From contig JASTWF010000036.1 in NCBI GenBank assembly GCA_030390025.1, positions 3,660,001 through 3,724,000 on the forward strand: DNA of 64,000 nucleotides, given 5' to 3'. The position numbers and the translations under genes are program-made. The notes under the pieces were generated by a model. The model saw only the letters and a program-made list of their open reading frames with translations, was not told the DNA's origin and searched no databases. Position 1 is the stretch's first letter, and each line of letters opens with the position of its first letter. The DNA is from Squalus acanthias (Eukaryota). Of this stretch, positions 36,781-49,532 are shown in pieces.

Positions 36781-39700
36781 TTGTTCGGAGCAACACAGAA
36801 TAGGATTGTGTGGCAGTTTCAACAGGTGCAGCTAAAATTGGCCTCACGCCAAACCTTGTTGGGTGGAAAGGGGAAAAAAAAAGCCAGGATTGCCACACGC
36901 AATTGCCATCCACGACCCGCCCCCGCTGGCAAGCGAGAACAGTGCAGGAACCCGCTGCAGTGCCTCCATGGCTGAATAGCCTGGGGGCACTGTCCAGGCT
37001 CTCACTTGAAGCCTTGGGTGAGGTACCAGAGGGTTCCCAGCATGAGCTCTTAGAGCCGGCGCAGATTCGATGGGCCGAATGGCCTCTTTCTGTGCTGTAC
37101 TATTCTATGATGCCAACTGTATCCCAACAGAAGGGGACAGAGAGCAATATTTCTTCAGGTTCAAGTTGAAAGAGCACAGAGTGGGATTAAACAGAGTGGA
37201 CTCGAACAGAGTGTTTTATTTGGGAAGAGTGGGAAGGAGTTGCTGCTTTTTGCCTACACTACTTGTAGTGCTTTGTGTTACAGGTAGATATATAATTTCA
37301 GCACCCTTAACTTAATCTAGATCAAGTAGTCAAGAAACTACACTGTAAACTAAGTTACCTAATTACAAATTTAATTAAATAAAACTAGGCCATATAGGGG
37401 TGCCAGTGCATGTGGTGTGCCGCAACTGCAGCATGTGGGAGTTTGTGGAGAGCATTGTGATCTCGGACAACCACGTTTGCAGTAAGTGCCTGCATCTTGA
37501 GGAACTTCAGCCCAGAGTTGTTGAGCTGGAGTCTGAGGAGCAGACATTGCAGGGCATCAGGGAGGGGGAGAGTTACCTGGACACTTTGATCCAGGAGGCA
37601 GTCACACCCCTTAGGTTAGGCAATGGCACAGGTCTGGTTAGTGGTCAGGGACAGGAGGGTGTGACTGCAACTCAGGCAGGTAAGGGGACTCCAGGTGCAG
37701 TGCTGGAGGAGCCTCAGCCTTTGCCCTTGTCCAACAGGTATGAGGTTCTTGCTACCTGTGTGGATGAGGGAAAAGCCTGCAGGATGGATGAACAAGCGGA
37801 CCATGGCACCATGGTGCAGGAGGCCATTCAAGTGGGGAGAGTGAAAGGGAATGTAGTTCTGGTAGGGGGGACAGTATAGTCAGGGGGGATAGATACTGTT
37901 CTCTGCAGCCACGACCGAGAGTTCTGAAGGTTGTGTTGCCTGCCTGGTGCCAGGGTTAGACATCTCCTCGCGGCTGGAGAAGAACTTGGAGTGGGAGGGG
38001 GAGGATCCAGTTGTCGTGGTCCACGTAGGAACCAACGACATAAGTAGAGCTAGAAATGAGATTCTGCTGAGGGAGTTGGATCCAAATTAAAAAGCAAAAC
38101 ATCTCTGGATTGTTACCTGAGCCACGTGCAAATTGGCATAGGGACAAACAGATTCGAGGTTTAAATGCGTGGCTCAAAGAGTGGTGTGGGAGGAAGGGGT
38201 TTCAGTTCATGGGGCACTGGCACCAGTACTGGGGAAAGAGGGAGCTGTTCCGTTGGGACGGGCTCCACTTAAACCGGGCTGGGACCAGTGTCCTGGCGAA
38301 CCGAATAACTAGGACAGTAGACAGGGCTTTAAACTAATGAAGGGGGGCTGGGAGAATTCAGGAAAGAGTCAATTTAAAAGCAGCAAGAGAAATGTCAAGG
38401 CTCTAGAGCAGAGTAGAGTTTTGGGTAAAAAGAATAGTGGGTCAGGAAGGGACAGAGAGAGTAACAAAGGTAATAAGGCATCAGTGACTAAGGTGACATC
38501 AGAGAAAAATAGAAATAAGTCAAAGCTAAAGGCACTATATCTGAATGCACCAAGCATTCACAACAAAACAGATGAATTAATAGCGCAGATAGAAATTAAT
38601 AGGTTTGATCTAATAGCCATTACGGAGACGTGGTTGCAATGTGGTCAAGGTTGGGAACTAAATATTCCAGGATACTTAACTTTTAGAAGAGAGAGGCAAA
38701 ATGGAAAATGAGGAGGGGTAGTCCTGATAATAAAGGATGGGATAAAGGCAGGAGAGAGAAAGGATCTTAGCTCCAAAAATCAAGTAGTAGAATCAGTTTG
38801 GGTGGAGCCAAGCAGCACCATGGGGCAGAAAACATTGGTGGGAGTTGTTTATAGGCCCCCAAACAGTAGTTGTAATGTAGGGCAGAATATAAATCAGGAA
38901 ATTAGAGGCGCATGTAACAAGGGTAAAACAGTAATCATGGGGGACTTTAATCTATATATAGACTGGGCAAACCAAATTTGCAGTAATAGTGTGGAGGACG
39001 AATTCATGGAATGTACACAAGATAGTTTTCAAGATCAGTATGTTGAGGAACCAACTAGGGAACAGGCTATTTTAGATCTAGTATTGTGCAACAAGAAAGG
39101 GTTAATAAATAATCTTGTAGTAAAGGGGCCTTTAGGGAAGAGTGACCATAATATGATAGAATTTGAGAGAGTTTGAAAATGATTTCGTTAAATCTGAAAC
39201 TAGGGTCTTAAATTTAAACAAAGCAAACTACGTAGGTATGAGGGGCGAGTTGGCTACGGTAGATTGGGAAACTAGATTAAAAGGTATGACGGTAGAGAAG
39301 CAATGGCTAGCATTTAAAGAATTAATACATAATTTACGGCACAAAAACCCCACAGGAAAAGTGGTCCAACCATGGCTCAAAAGAGGTTAAAGATAATATT
39401 AGATCAAAGGAAGAAGCTTATAATGTTGCCAAAAAGAATAGTAAGCCTGAGGATTGGGAGGATTTTAGAATTCAGCAAAGGAGGACCAAGAAATTGATAA
39501 AAGGGAAAATAGAATGAGATTAAACTAGCGAGAGACATAAAAACAGACTGTAAAAGCTTCTATTAGGTATGTAAAAAGGAAAAGATTAGTGAAAGTAAAT
39601 GTGGGTCCCTTACAGGCTGAGACAGAAGAAATTATAATGCGGAATAAGGAAATGGCAGAGAAATTAAACAAATACTTTGCCTGTCTTCACGGAAGACGCA

Positions 39701-40724
39701 AAAAATTTCCCAGAAACAGGGGAGAACCAAGGCTCTTACGAGAATGAGGAACTGAAAGAAATTAGTAAAAAAAAAAAAAATAGTACTGGAGAAATTAATG
39801 GGACAAAGCCGATAAATCCCCTGGACCTGATGGCCTACATCCTCTGGTTTTGAAAGAGGTGGCTATAGAGATAGTGGATGCATTGGTTGTCATTTTCCAA
39901 AATTCCATCGATTCCAGAACAGTTCCCGCAGATTGGAAGGTAGCAAATCTAAACCCACTATTTAAGAAAGGAGGGAGAGAAAACAGGGAACTACAGACCA
40001 GTTAGCCTGACATCAGTAGCAAGGAAAATGCTAGAATCTATTAAGGATGTGGTAACAGGGCACTTAGAAAATAATAATAGGATTGGGCAGAGTCAACACA
40101 GATTTATGAAAGGGAAATCGTGTTTGACGAAACAATTAGAGTTTTTTTGAGGTTGTAACTAGCAGAATAAGGGGGAACCAGTGGATGTGGTGTATTTGGA
40201 TTTTCAGAAGGCATTCGATAAGGCGCCACACAAGAGGTTATTAAACAAAATTAGGGCTCATGGGATTGGTTAACGGACAGAAAACAGAGAGTAGGAAAAA
40301 ACAGGTCATTTTCAGGTTGGCAGGCCTAGTGGGGTACTGCAAGGATCAGTGCGTGGGCCTCAGCTATTCACAATCTAGATCAATGATTTGGATGAGGGGA
40401 CCAAATGCAATATAGCCAAGTTTGCTTATGATAAAGGGAATGTAAGCTGTGAGGAGGATGCAAAGAGGCTTCAAGGGGATATAGACAGGCTAAGTGAGTG
40501 GGCAAGAACATGGCAAATGGAATATAATGTGGAAAAATGTGAAGTTATCCACTTTGGAATGAAAAATAGAAAAGCAGAGTATTTTTTTTTTTTAAAATGG
40601 AGAGAGATTGGGAAATGGTGTTCAGAGGGACCTGGGTGTCCTTGTACACAAATCACTGAAAGTTAACATGCAGGTACAGCAAGCAATTAGGAAAGCAAAT
40701 GGTATGTTGGCCTTTATTACAAGA

Positions 40725-40967
40725 CCCCCTGGGACACATCTCATTGTCTTGGCTGTGCTCTTTGTTGTAGGGAATAATGTGAATAGATTTTGTCTGGGTT
40801 TAAATTGTGAATTCTGGGAGATTCTCTCATTGCTAACTTACCTGACGAAGGAGCGAACTGCTTCGAAAGCTTGTAAAATTAAATAAATCTGTTGGACTAT
40901 AACCTGGTGTTGTGCGATTTCTCATTTTTGTCCACCCCAGTCCAACGCCGGCATCTCCACATCATGA
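40725..40967 (+). mobile_element. Short Penelope-like pLTR insertion with 14-bp TSD
   Basis: TSD cctttattacaaga at 40711-40724 and 40968-40981. The 3' ~130 nt are homologous to 1885-2016. Confidence 0.9.
40838..40876 (+). ncRNA. Minimal hammerhead ribozyme, intact core
   Basis: TTAC-CTGACGA-a-GGAGC-gaact-GCTTC-GAAA-gc-tt-GTAA. Confidence 0.8.
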
Positions 40968-42231
40968 CCTTTATTACAAGAGGATTTGAGTAGAAGAGTA
41001 AAGACATCTTACTGCAATTATATAGGGCCCTGGTGAGACCACACCTGGAGTATTGTGTACAGTTTTGGTCTCCTTACCTAAAGAAGGATATACTTGCCTC
41101 AGAGGGAGTGCAACAAAGGTTCACCAGACTGATTCCTGGGATAGGGGGGGGGGGAATTGTCCTATGAGGAGAGATTGAGTAGACTAGGCCTATATTCTCT
41201 AGAGTTTAGAGGAATGAGAGGTGATCTCATTGAAACATACAAAATTCTTACAGGGCTTGACAGGGTAGATGCAGGGAGGATGTTTCCCCTGGCTGGGGAG
41301 TCTAGAACCAGGGGTCACAGTCTCAGAATAAGGGGTCGGCCATTTAGGACTGATGAGAAATTTCTTCACTCAGAGGGTGGTGAATCTTTGGAATTCTCTA
41401 CCCCAGAGGGCTGTGGAGGCTCAGTCATTGAGTATATTCAAGACAGAGATCGATAGATTTTTGAAAATTAAGGGAATCAAGGGATATGGGGATAGTGCAG
41501 GAAAGTGGAATTGAAGTAGATCAGCCATGATCTCATTGATTGGTGGAGCAGGCGCGAAGGGCCAAATGGCTGACTCCTGTTCTTATGTTAGCAGCACCCC
41601 CCCCCCCCCCCCCCCCCCCCCCGCCCACGCACCACAAATAAAATGGCTAGCTAGCTAGCTAAAAAACAGTTTATTCAAAGCAGCTTCTGAATAACCGAGC
41701 ACAAGTCACACACAAGACCACTAACACATTCTGGCAGCTGTGCTAATATTGTGGGTGGGTTTGCATTATTGCTACTACATTTTTGGTGTGATAATTCTAC
41801 ATTTGGCACTCAAGTGTAGCCACTGCTTAAATGTTTATATATCTAAGAGAACTCAAGGGACAAGGGGGGGGATGTGGGCAGATAGAAATAATCTAATCAG
41901 ATCAGCGGAAAAAAAAAGTTACTTTGAAAGACAGTTACAAGATTGCAACATTGATTGGGCTACTATCCAGAGGCTGAGCAAGGGGAAAAGGCTACTACCT
42001 GTAGTAGGAAGAAAAAAAATTGGTTCCATTACTTAAATCACTGGTCTGGCCCCATGAGGGTACTCAACATAAATGAGTTCATCTCTCTGTTCGGTTCATC
42101 TCTGCAAAGCTCAATTGGACAGAAGTGTTCAGCAGGCATCAAGTGACAACCATACTATGCATTGCATCAGCTCATTGAAGAGCCAGAGAAATAAAAAGCG
42201 AAAAAAAATTCCGCCCACTCCCTGTAACAGC

Positions 42232-42437
42232 CCAAGGTTACCAACCCTCCAAGGAGATTAACCTCCTGGACACTGCTGCGAGCAACCCGGGTGAAATATT
42301 ATAGGGGCATTTAAAACTCTTTTTGAACGCTCGTTTAGAAAAATGAGCGATGGAGAAAAATTAGGCTATTTGTCCGGGCGGGGCAGTTGGAAGCAGGAAG
42401 TCATGTGATGAAACCTCCAATCAAAGTTGGCAACCCA
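42232..42437. mobile_element. hAT/Blackjack-like MITE (inverted relative to 10047)
   Basis: aaggttaccaaccctcca ... aagttggcaaccca. Confidence 0.5.
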
Positions 42438-44562
42438 AGTATTATTGCCTGAGGCCCAGGATGAGGGAAGGAGAGAGAAAAAGGGAGTTTAAATTGGTTG
42501 CTCTTCAATTAACAGAAAGTATGGTTAAGCTCTCGGCAAAAACAGGTCAGCCCATTTCCCACAATGCAGCGTGGCCCATGGCGTGCTGCACTGCCTTATG
42601 GGAAAACTTCATCCCACATGAAAAAATGACCCTCGACATCCCTAAAACGTAGCTGTGCAAATAACCTTTTGAACAAAGGTAGCCCAGGTAGGGCTTTGGC
42701 CCCGCGAGCTCTTTTGTTGTTGCTGGTACGGACATGAAAAATAATGGCGCCCCAGAATGGACAGATACACCTTGATGGTCTGTGGCTGCACTCAAGTGGA
42801 ATCATGGAGTGGTGGGGAAGGAAAAGCAGGCAGACAGTGCAGTGTGGTGCAATGTGCTACGGCCTACATCTGTGGGATGATCTGGTGCAAGGTTACAAAG
42901 CTAGACCTAAAATCTCACCCGTGAGGCTTTCTGGGTGGCAATCGGCTTCCAAATGGGATATCAATTTGATGCAGCCTTTCCTCTTCCTAGTAGTGCCCAC
43001 AGCCAATCATGAACCTCTCCCCAATGGTGCGTTACCCCCCCCGCCCCCAAAAAAAAGCTCACTTCAGAGATTGTAGACTTCAGTGTTTTCACACATCCAC
43101 TCTCTCAGCAGCACCTCGCAAGGTCAGTTAGCATTTTTTAAACGCTGTAATCAGACCCAGCGGCCCTGTCTGCACTTTACTAAAAGCAACAGAGGCTGTC
43201 CAGCAGACTACCTGTCTCTGTAAACTAAAGAGTTGGCTTCACACTTGATGTCACACTTCCTGCTGCTGTTGTTCGGCACGTTTTGCCAAGTCATAAGGCA
43301 AAACCACCTCGCAGCAACATGAAAAAGGTGGTGCTGAACTGCCTCGGGCAATCTCGATGAACACTGGCTATATACACACACCACAGATCTAGAAGCGTCA
43401 CCATTCTCTTATTTGAATAAACAGCACAATGAAGCTTTGATTATGGTTTGTCAGTGAGCGGTTAATGGAAAACTAGAGGTCACCTTCGAACATTAGGACA
43501 GAGAGGTTTGCGTGAAAGGGAAAACAAAGAGACATCAATTAATTCAGTTCTCAGGACATCACTTGACTCATTGTCTCAAACATCTGGTCCTGCGAAGGCA
43601 GTGGGCACACTTCATAGCAGGCAAGATGTCAGCAAAGAAATGAGGGCATCCTTCACAAGGAGGTCAGAGGGGCGTTGTCTTCAAGAATTGTTTAAACGCC
43701 ATGAACAAACTTCTGTGCACACAGGATCTCATCGAGATGATATCCTTCCTCGATGGTTCAAGCAAACATACTTTACAACTATTAGGCTACTGGTAAGGGC
43801 AGTAGGTGTAAATGCCCTGCCCAATGTAATAATGTCTCTCTCCCCCCACCCTCAGTAAGTTGCAGAACCATCACTGTAGAAACCCCCAACATGGCGGAGC
43901 CATGTCTAGAGTAAATGGCTCCAAGTCGGTCTCTCCAATAACATCCCACCCCTGCTCACGATATCATCCATTTCAGGACCTTCAGGAGTCCTTCCACTTA
44001 ACAGTCATTACACTCAGAGATACATCATCTGCGCTAGACATAATCCCTCCCCCAATTTCCACCCCATCCCTCCCGAAAGTCCTGCCTCATGCTGGGGTAC
44101 GGCCCACGATCTCATCCCAGACAGTAAGCACCAGTTGGGGGCGGCACTCCCACTGGGCCATGAGGAAGTGGGCTAACCTCAGAAATTCTGGACCCAAGCA
44201 GGGCGAAACGAAAAGAAACCTCCTCGAACGTCCAATAAACACAGCGAAGCGCTCTTGCCCAAAGCCCCCAACACATGACCGTCTCACTTCTACCCATCCG
44301 ATCTAAAGACACACTCCCAACCCCAGTGCCTCCCCACCCCGCAAAAATTCGAGAAGCATCCATTTTATTTGCAAGGAGAAATAAAATGCTCCTCAGAATG
44401 TCAAGTTGACAACCACATTTTCACCAGCACAAGAGACTAAAAAAAAAGTAGGAAGTGCTTGAAGGGAGTGGATAAAGTGATACCAGTCCATCAACCCAAC
44501 ACTATTTTTGAACATATATTAGCACCTGGTCCAGAGGCAATTCTGTGCTGCATATTCACTTC

Positions 44563-45272
44563 AATTGCTAGGGGGATAGAATATAAAAACAGGGAGGTAT
44601 TGCTGCAGTTGTACAGGGTATTGGTGAGACCGCACCTGGAGTACCGCATACAGTTTTGGTGTCCATACTTAAGAAAAGACATACTTGCTCTCGAGGCAGT
44701 ACAAAGAAGGTTCACTCGGTTAATTCCGGGGATGAGGGGGTGGACATACGAGGAGAGGTTGAGTAGATTGGGACTCTACTCATTGGAGTTCAGAAGAATG
44801 AGAGGCGATCTGATTGAAACATATAAGATTGTGAAGGGGCTTGATCGGGTGGATGCGGTGAGGATGTTCCCAATGATGGGTGAAACTAGAACTAGGGGAC
44901 ATAATCTTAGAATAAGGGGCTCCTCTTTCAAAACTGAGAGGAGGAGAAACTTTTTCACTCAGAGGGTAGTGGGTCTGTGGAATTTGCTACCCCAGGAAGC
45001 TGTGGAAGCTACTTCATTAAATAAATTTAAAACAGAAATAGACCGTTTCCTAGAAGTAAAGGGAATCAGGGGTTACGGGGAGCGGGCAGGAAATTGGACA
45101 TGAGTTTGAGTTCGGATCGGTCAAGGCCCTGTGGGTGGCGGAGCGGGCCCAGGGGCCGAGTCCTGCTCCTACTTCTTGTGTTCTTTAGAGTGGAGGTTGG
45201 ATCAGATCAGCCATGATCTCATTGAATGGCCGATTGGCCTACTCCTGCTCCTATTTCTTATGTTCTTATGTT
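44563..45272 (+). mobile_element. CR1 3' fragment
   Basis: IARGIEYKNREVLLQLYRVLVRPHLEY...GIRGYGERAGNWT is open, followed by a ttcttatg tail. Confidence 0.92.
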
Positions 45273-45527
45273 CAATTGAAGTGGGGCTGGCTCTATCAGC
45301 CTCACTTACCACTGCCCCCTTGCCTGCAGAGAATTTAAGCTTGGAAAACCTGAAATTCCTGTTTGTCAACAAGGCAGGTGTGTCGCAGAGGCAGTGAAAG
45401 AAATATGAAGCTGCAGCGAGGCTGCTCATTCAGAAGACACCAAAAATAAATGAGATTGCCATCCAACACTCACTACATGTACAAACAAATCATTTACAAT
45501 CCAGCAAAGATGAAACCTTTAACACCA

Positions 45528-45790
45528 TCACAAAAATAATCCTATTTTCCCCCCACACAAAACAAATACTAGTTTTTCCTTACACAGTCCTGTTTTATCA
45601 CAAAATCCTATTGTTCCCCTCATACAAACAATCCGATTTCTCAGACAAAACAATCCTATTCTCACAAAAACAATCCTTTTTCCCCAAAAATCACTTATTT
45701 GCTCACACTTGCAATTTTCCCCCACCCCTCACACACAAAACAATCCTATTTTCTCTCTCACACACACACACACAAACAATTCCCCCCACC
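45528..45790. repeat. Degenerate ~21-nt tandem repeat (cacaaaacaatcctattttc-like)
   Basis: About ten imperfect recurrences of aatcctattt / acaaaac. Confidence 0.55.
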
Positions 45791-46378
45791 CCACGGCTAG
45801 GGCTGGATCTGAAACGAGATGACTAAGCACAGGTTGAGCCCTCCAGCAGATCAAGCATTCCCAGCACAGTCAGACCGGTTATCCACCCCGCTCACAAAAA
45901 AAAGGCCCTTGAATCACAGTCCACGTCGCTGCTCCCTTGGTAAAGTGGAGTTTCGATGTTGGCACATACAATGCGTTTTGTTTGCATGGGGGGGGGGGGG
46001 GGGGGGGAGGAGCGAACACTGCAGCAGAGTATAGCATGAATAATCTCAAATGAAAGTGTTGAGAAAATTGCCTGTAGCAGTAAAGACTTGTTAAAAAAAT
46101 AGCCGAACAAATGTTTTAAGAAGGGGTCGATTTGTAACAAAAAAAAATGCAGTTAAGATACAATATTAGATACTTTTTTTTAAAAAAAAGCTTTCTCGGC
46201 GCATTCCAGACTGACATTTACCAAATCTGTTTTTGCAGAATAATTTACACAAAAGTCGAGAGAGCACAAAAAAGCGGATACTGACACTTACCCCCTCGTG
46301 ACCACGCCATTCCTGTTCATTTCTACAAAAAAACCGAGGAAATTAACGCGGCGAAAGTGACAAGAAACGGACACTCAC

Positions 46379-46444
46379 CCAAAACAAGAAGTTAAATATG
46401 AACATCAAGTACTTGACGCACTTCATTCCTCCTTCTACAGCCAT
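46379..46444 (-). CDS. CD63: Tetraspanin first coding exon, CD63-like (22 codons, MAVEGGMKCVKYLMFIFNFLFW)
   Basis: Minus strand reads AAA-ATG GCT GTA GAA GGA GGA ATG AAG TGC GTC AAG TAC...TTT TGG|GTGAGT, with a good Kozak context and a phase-0 donor. MAVEGGMKCVK matches the CD63 N-terminus and KY..F.FNFLFW is the tetraspanin TM1 motif. A polypyrimidine acceptor (ttttttttccctaatag) about 20 nt upstream of the ATG fits an upstream non-coding exon, as in CD63. A CD9/CD81-type paralogue is not fully excluded. Too short to appear in the ORF track. Confidence 0.8.
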
Positions 46445-47019
46445 TTTTCACTTGGGTCGATTCTCTATTAGGGAAAAAAAACATATAGATTAAAAACAGC
46501 TTTAATATTTCGAAGGAGGTCCGGGAAAAAGAGATGGGGGGGGGGGGAAAAACCCTCCACAGAAGCCAGCACCACGGCTTAAGGACGTGGCTGGAAAGCG
46601 GAAAAAAAAATCAACCCCAGCCATGTTTCTACAGTCTGGCACAACTAGGAGTCTTAACGTCTACCATTCAGTCCTAAATTCACGAGAAAGCAGAGGATAT
46701 CGAAATAACACTGTACCAGTAAACAGAATGAAAAGTCCAGATCCCTACCTCAAATCCCCAACAAACACACCACTTTGTTGCGAGAAGGTTATCACACTGT
46801 AACGCCTGTGCGTCTCAAACCCCTGATCTGATGTCGAAAACGATTTCTACTTAAAGGGGCAGAGCCTTCACGCACAAATCCAAAACCACGCCAACAATAC
46901 TCCACCCCTAGAGGCGAGGCAGAGAAGAACCACTAGGGGCAGATCCCCCACCACCCAGTCGATCCGTGAGGGAACGCAGAGGGCACTTCAGCCTTGAAAG
47001 AAGGCGGCTGAGGGGTGAC

Positions 47020-48045
47020 TCCTTCAAGGTCTCTAAATTGTCAGACTGCTTGTCCGACATCCAGTTCTGGATGAGCAGAAATTTTCTCCAATTAAATATT
47101 GATAAGAAAGAAAGAAGAAAGACTTGCATTTCTATAGCGCCTTTCACGACCACCGGACGTCTCAAAGCGCTTTACAGCCAATGAAGTACTTTCGAAGTGG
47201 AGTCACTGTTGTAATGTGGGAAGACCGAAGCCATTGTTTTCGGTCCTCGCCACGAACTCCGTTCCCTAGCCACAGACTCCATCCCTCTCCCTAATATCTG
47301 TCTGAGGCTGTTCGCAACCTTGGTGTCATATTTGACCCTGAAATGAGCTTCTGACCACATATCTGTGGCATAACTAAGACCGCCTACTTCCACCTCCGTA
47401 ACATCGCCCGTCTCCGCCCTTGCCTCAGCTCATCCGCTGCTGAAACCCTCATCCATGCCGTTGTTACCTCTAGACTTGACTATTCCAACGCTCTCCTGGC
47501 TGGCCTCCCACATTCCACCCTACGTAAACTTGAGGTCATCCAAAACTCTGCTGCCTGTGTCCTAACTCGCACCAAGTCCCGTTCGCCCATCTCCCCTGTG
47601 CTCACTGACCTACATTGGCTCCCGGTTAAGCAGTGCCTCGATTTCAAAATACCCATCCTTGTTTTCAAATCCCTCCATGGCCTCGCCCCTTCCTATCTCT
47701 GTAATCTCCTCCAGCACCACAACCCCCCGAGATATCTGCGCTCCTCTAATTCTGGCCTCTTGAGCATCCCTGATTATAATCGCTCAACCATTGGTGGCCG
47801 TGCCTTCAGCTGCCTGGGCCCTAAGCTCTGGAATTCCCTCCCTAAACCTCTCCGCCTCGCTACCTCTCTCTCCTTTAAGACGCTCCTTAAAACCCACCTC
47901 TTTGACCAAGGTCACTAATTTCTCCTTATGTGGCTCAGTGTCAAATTTTTTGTCAAAATATTTGCCTTATAATACTCCTGTGCAGCGCCTCAGGACGTCT
48001 TACTATGTTAATGGTGCTATATAAATGCAAGTTGTTGTTGTTCTT
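47020..48045 (+). mobile_element. L2 LINE 3' ~0.9 kb with an antisense SINE tail inserted at 47102-47217
   Basis: LSDCLSDIQFWMSRNFLQLNI | GKTEAIVFG...LTDLHWLPVKQCLDFKI..RAFSCLGPKLWNSLP, with a (gtt)n tail. Confidence 0.9.
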
Positions 48046-48155
48046 GTTGAGAGAGGGTCTTATAGACATTAAGACAAAGGGGCATGGGTTCAAACCGGTG
48101 AAAGGTCAATTTACAAAGAGTAGTCACCACTCGGACTGGACTCACAGGCACAGTA

Positions 48156-49532
48156 GAGGGAGTGCCGCACTGTCGGAGGGGCAGTACTGAGGGAGTGCTG
48201 CACTGTCAGAGGGGCAGTACTGAGGGAGCGCCGCACTGTCGGAGGGGCAGTACTGAGGGAGCGCTGCACTGTCAGAGGGGCAGTGCTGAGGGAGCGCCGT
48301 ACTGTCGGAGGGGCAGTACTGAGGGAGTGCCGCACTGTCAGAGGGGCAGTGCTGAGGGAGCGCTGCACTGTCGGAGGGGCAGTACTGAGGGAGCGCCGCA
48401 CTGTCAGAGGGGCAGTACTGAGGGAGTGCTGCACTGTCAGAGGGGCAGTACTGAGGGAGTGCTGCACTGTCAGAGGGGCAGTACTGAGGGAGCGCCGCAC
48501 TGTCAGAGGGGCAGTACTGAGGGAGCGCCGCACTGTCGGAGGGGCAGTACTGAGGGAGCGCTGCACTGTCAGAGGGGCAGTACTGAGGGAGTGCTGCACT
48601 GTCAGAGGGGCAGTACTGAGGGAGTGCCGCACTGTCAGAGGGGCAGCACTGAGGGAGTGCCGCACTGTCGGAGGGGCAGTACTGAGGGAGCGCTGCACTG
48701 TCAGAGGGGCAGTACTGAGGGAGCGCCGCACTGTCGGAGGGTCAGTACTGAGGGAGCGCCGCACTGTCGGAGGGTCAGTACTGAGGGAGCGCCGCACTGT
48801 CAGAGGGGCAGTACTGAGGGAGTGCCGCACTGTCAGAAGGGCAGTACTGAGGGAGTGCTGCACTGTCGGAGGGGCAGTACTGAGGGAGCACCGCACTGTC
48901 GGAGGGTCAGTACTGAGGGAGCGCCGAACTGTCAGAGGGGCAGTACTGAGGGAGTGCCGCACTGTCAGAGGGGCAGTACTGAGGGAGTGCTGCACTGTCA
49001 GAGGGGCAGTACTGAGGGAGTGCCGCACTGTCAGAGGGGCAGTACTGAGGTAGCGCCGCACTGTCGGAGAGGCAGTACTGAGGGAGTGCTGCACTGTCAG
49101 AGGGGCAGTACTGAGGGAGCGCCGCACTGTCGGAGGGGCAGTACTGAGGGAGCGCAGCACTGTCGGAGGGGCAGTACTGAGGGAGCGCCGCACTGTCGGA
49201 GGGGCAGTACTGAGGGAGCGCCGCACTGTCGGAGGGGCAGTACTGAGGGAGCGCCGCACTGTCGGAGGGGCAGTATTGAGGGAGCGCCGCACTGTCGGAG
49301 GGGCAGTACTGAGGGAGCGCTGCACTGTCAGAGGGGCAGTACTGAGGGAGTGATGCACTGTCGGAGGGGCATTACTGAGGGAGCGCTGCACTGTCAGAGG
49401 GGCATTACTGAGGGAGTGCTGCACTGTTGGAGGGACAGTACTGAGGGAGCACCGCACTGTCAGAGGGGCAGTACTGAGGGAGTGCTGCACTGTCGGAGGG
49501 ACAGTACTGAGGGAGTGCCGCACTGTCGGAGG
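48156..49532 (+). repeat. 33-bp minisatellite, ~42 copies, derived from a Deu-SINE segment
   Basis: Unit cagtactgagggag(c/t)gc(c/t)gcactgtc(a/g)gagggg; the same segment occurs once in intact SINEs (for example 12808-12838). Confidence 0.95.

Larger units (their letters stand above)
37150..41589 (+). mobile_element. Near-full-length CR1 LINE (more decayed), with Penelope insertion
   Basis: ORF1 has a CxxC...CxxC zinc finger (CRNC..CSKC), coiled coil and esterase (GTND, DGLHL). ORF2 has APE (AITETW, IMGDFN, SDH) and RT remnants with many frameshifts. Confidence 0.95.

Noticed and set aside
36331..36975. 214-aa Pro/Leu/Phe-rich ORF
   Set aside because: Low-complexity pyrimidine tract that lacks stops by composition.
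7989..46006. Several 15-27 nt poly-G/poly-C runs
   Set aside because: Simple homopolymers of uncertain assembled length with no shared context.
46749..46900. Possible non-coding first exon (donor GAG|GTAGGG)
   Set aside because: Modest donor and no clear TSS evidence.
46930..46944. CTCF-like ccactaggggcag
   Set aside because: One G short of the core spacing.
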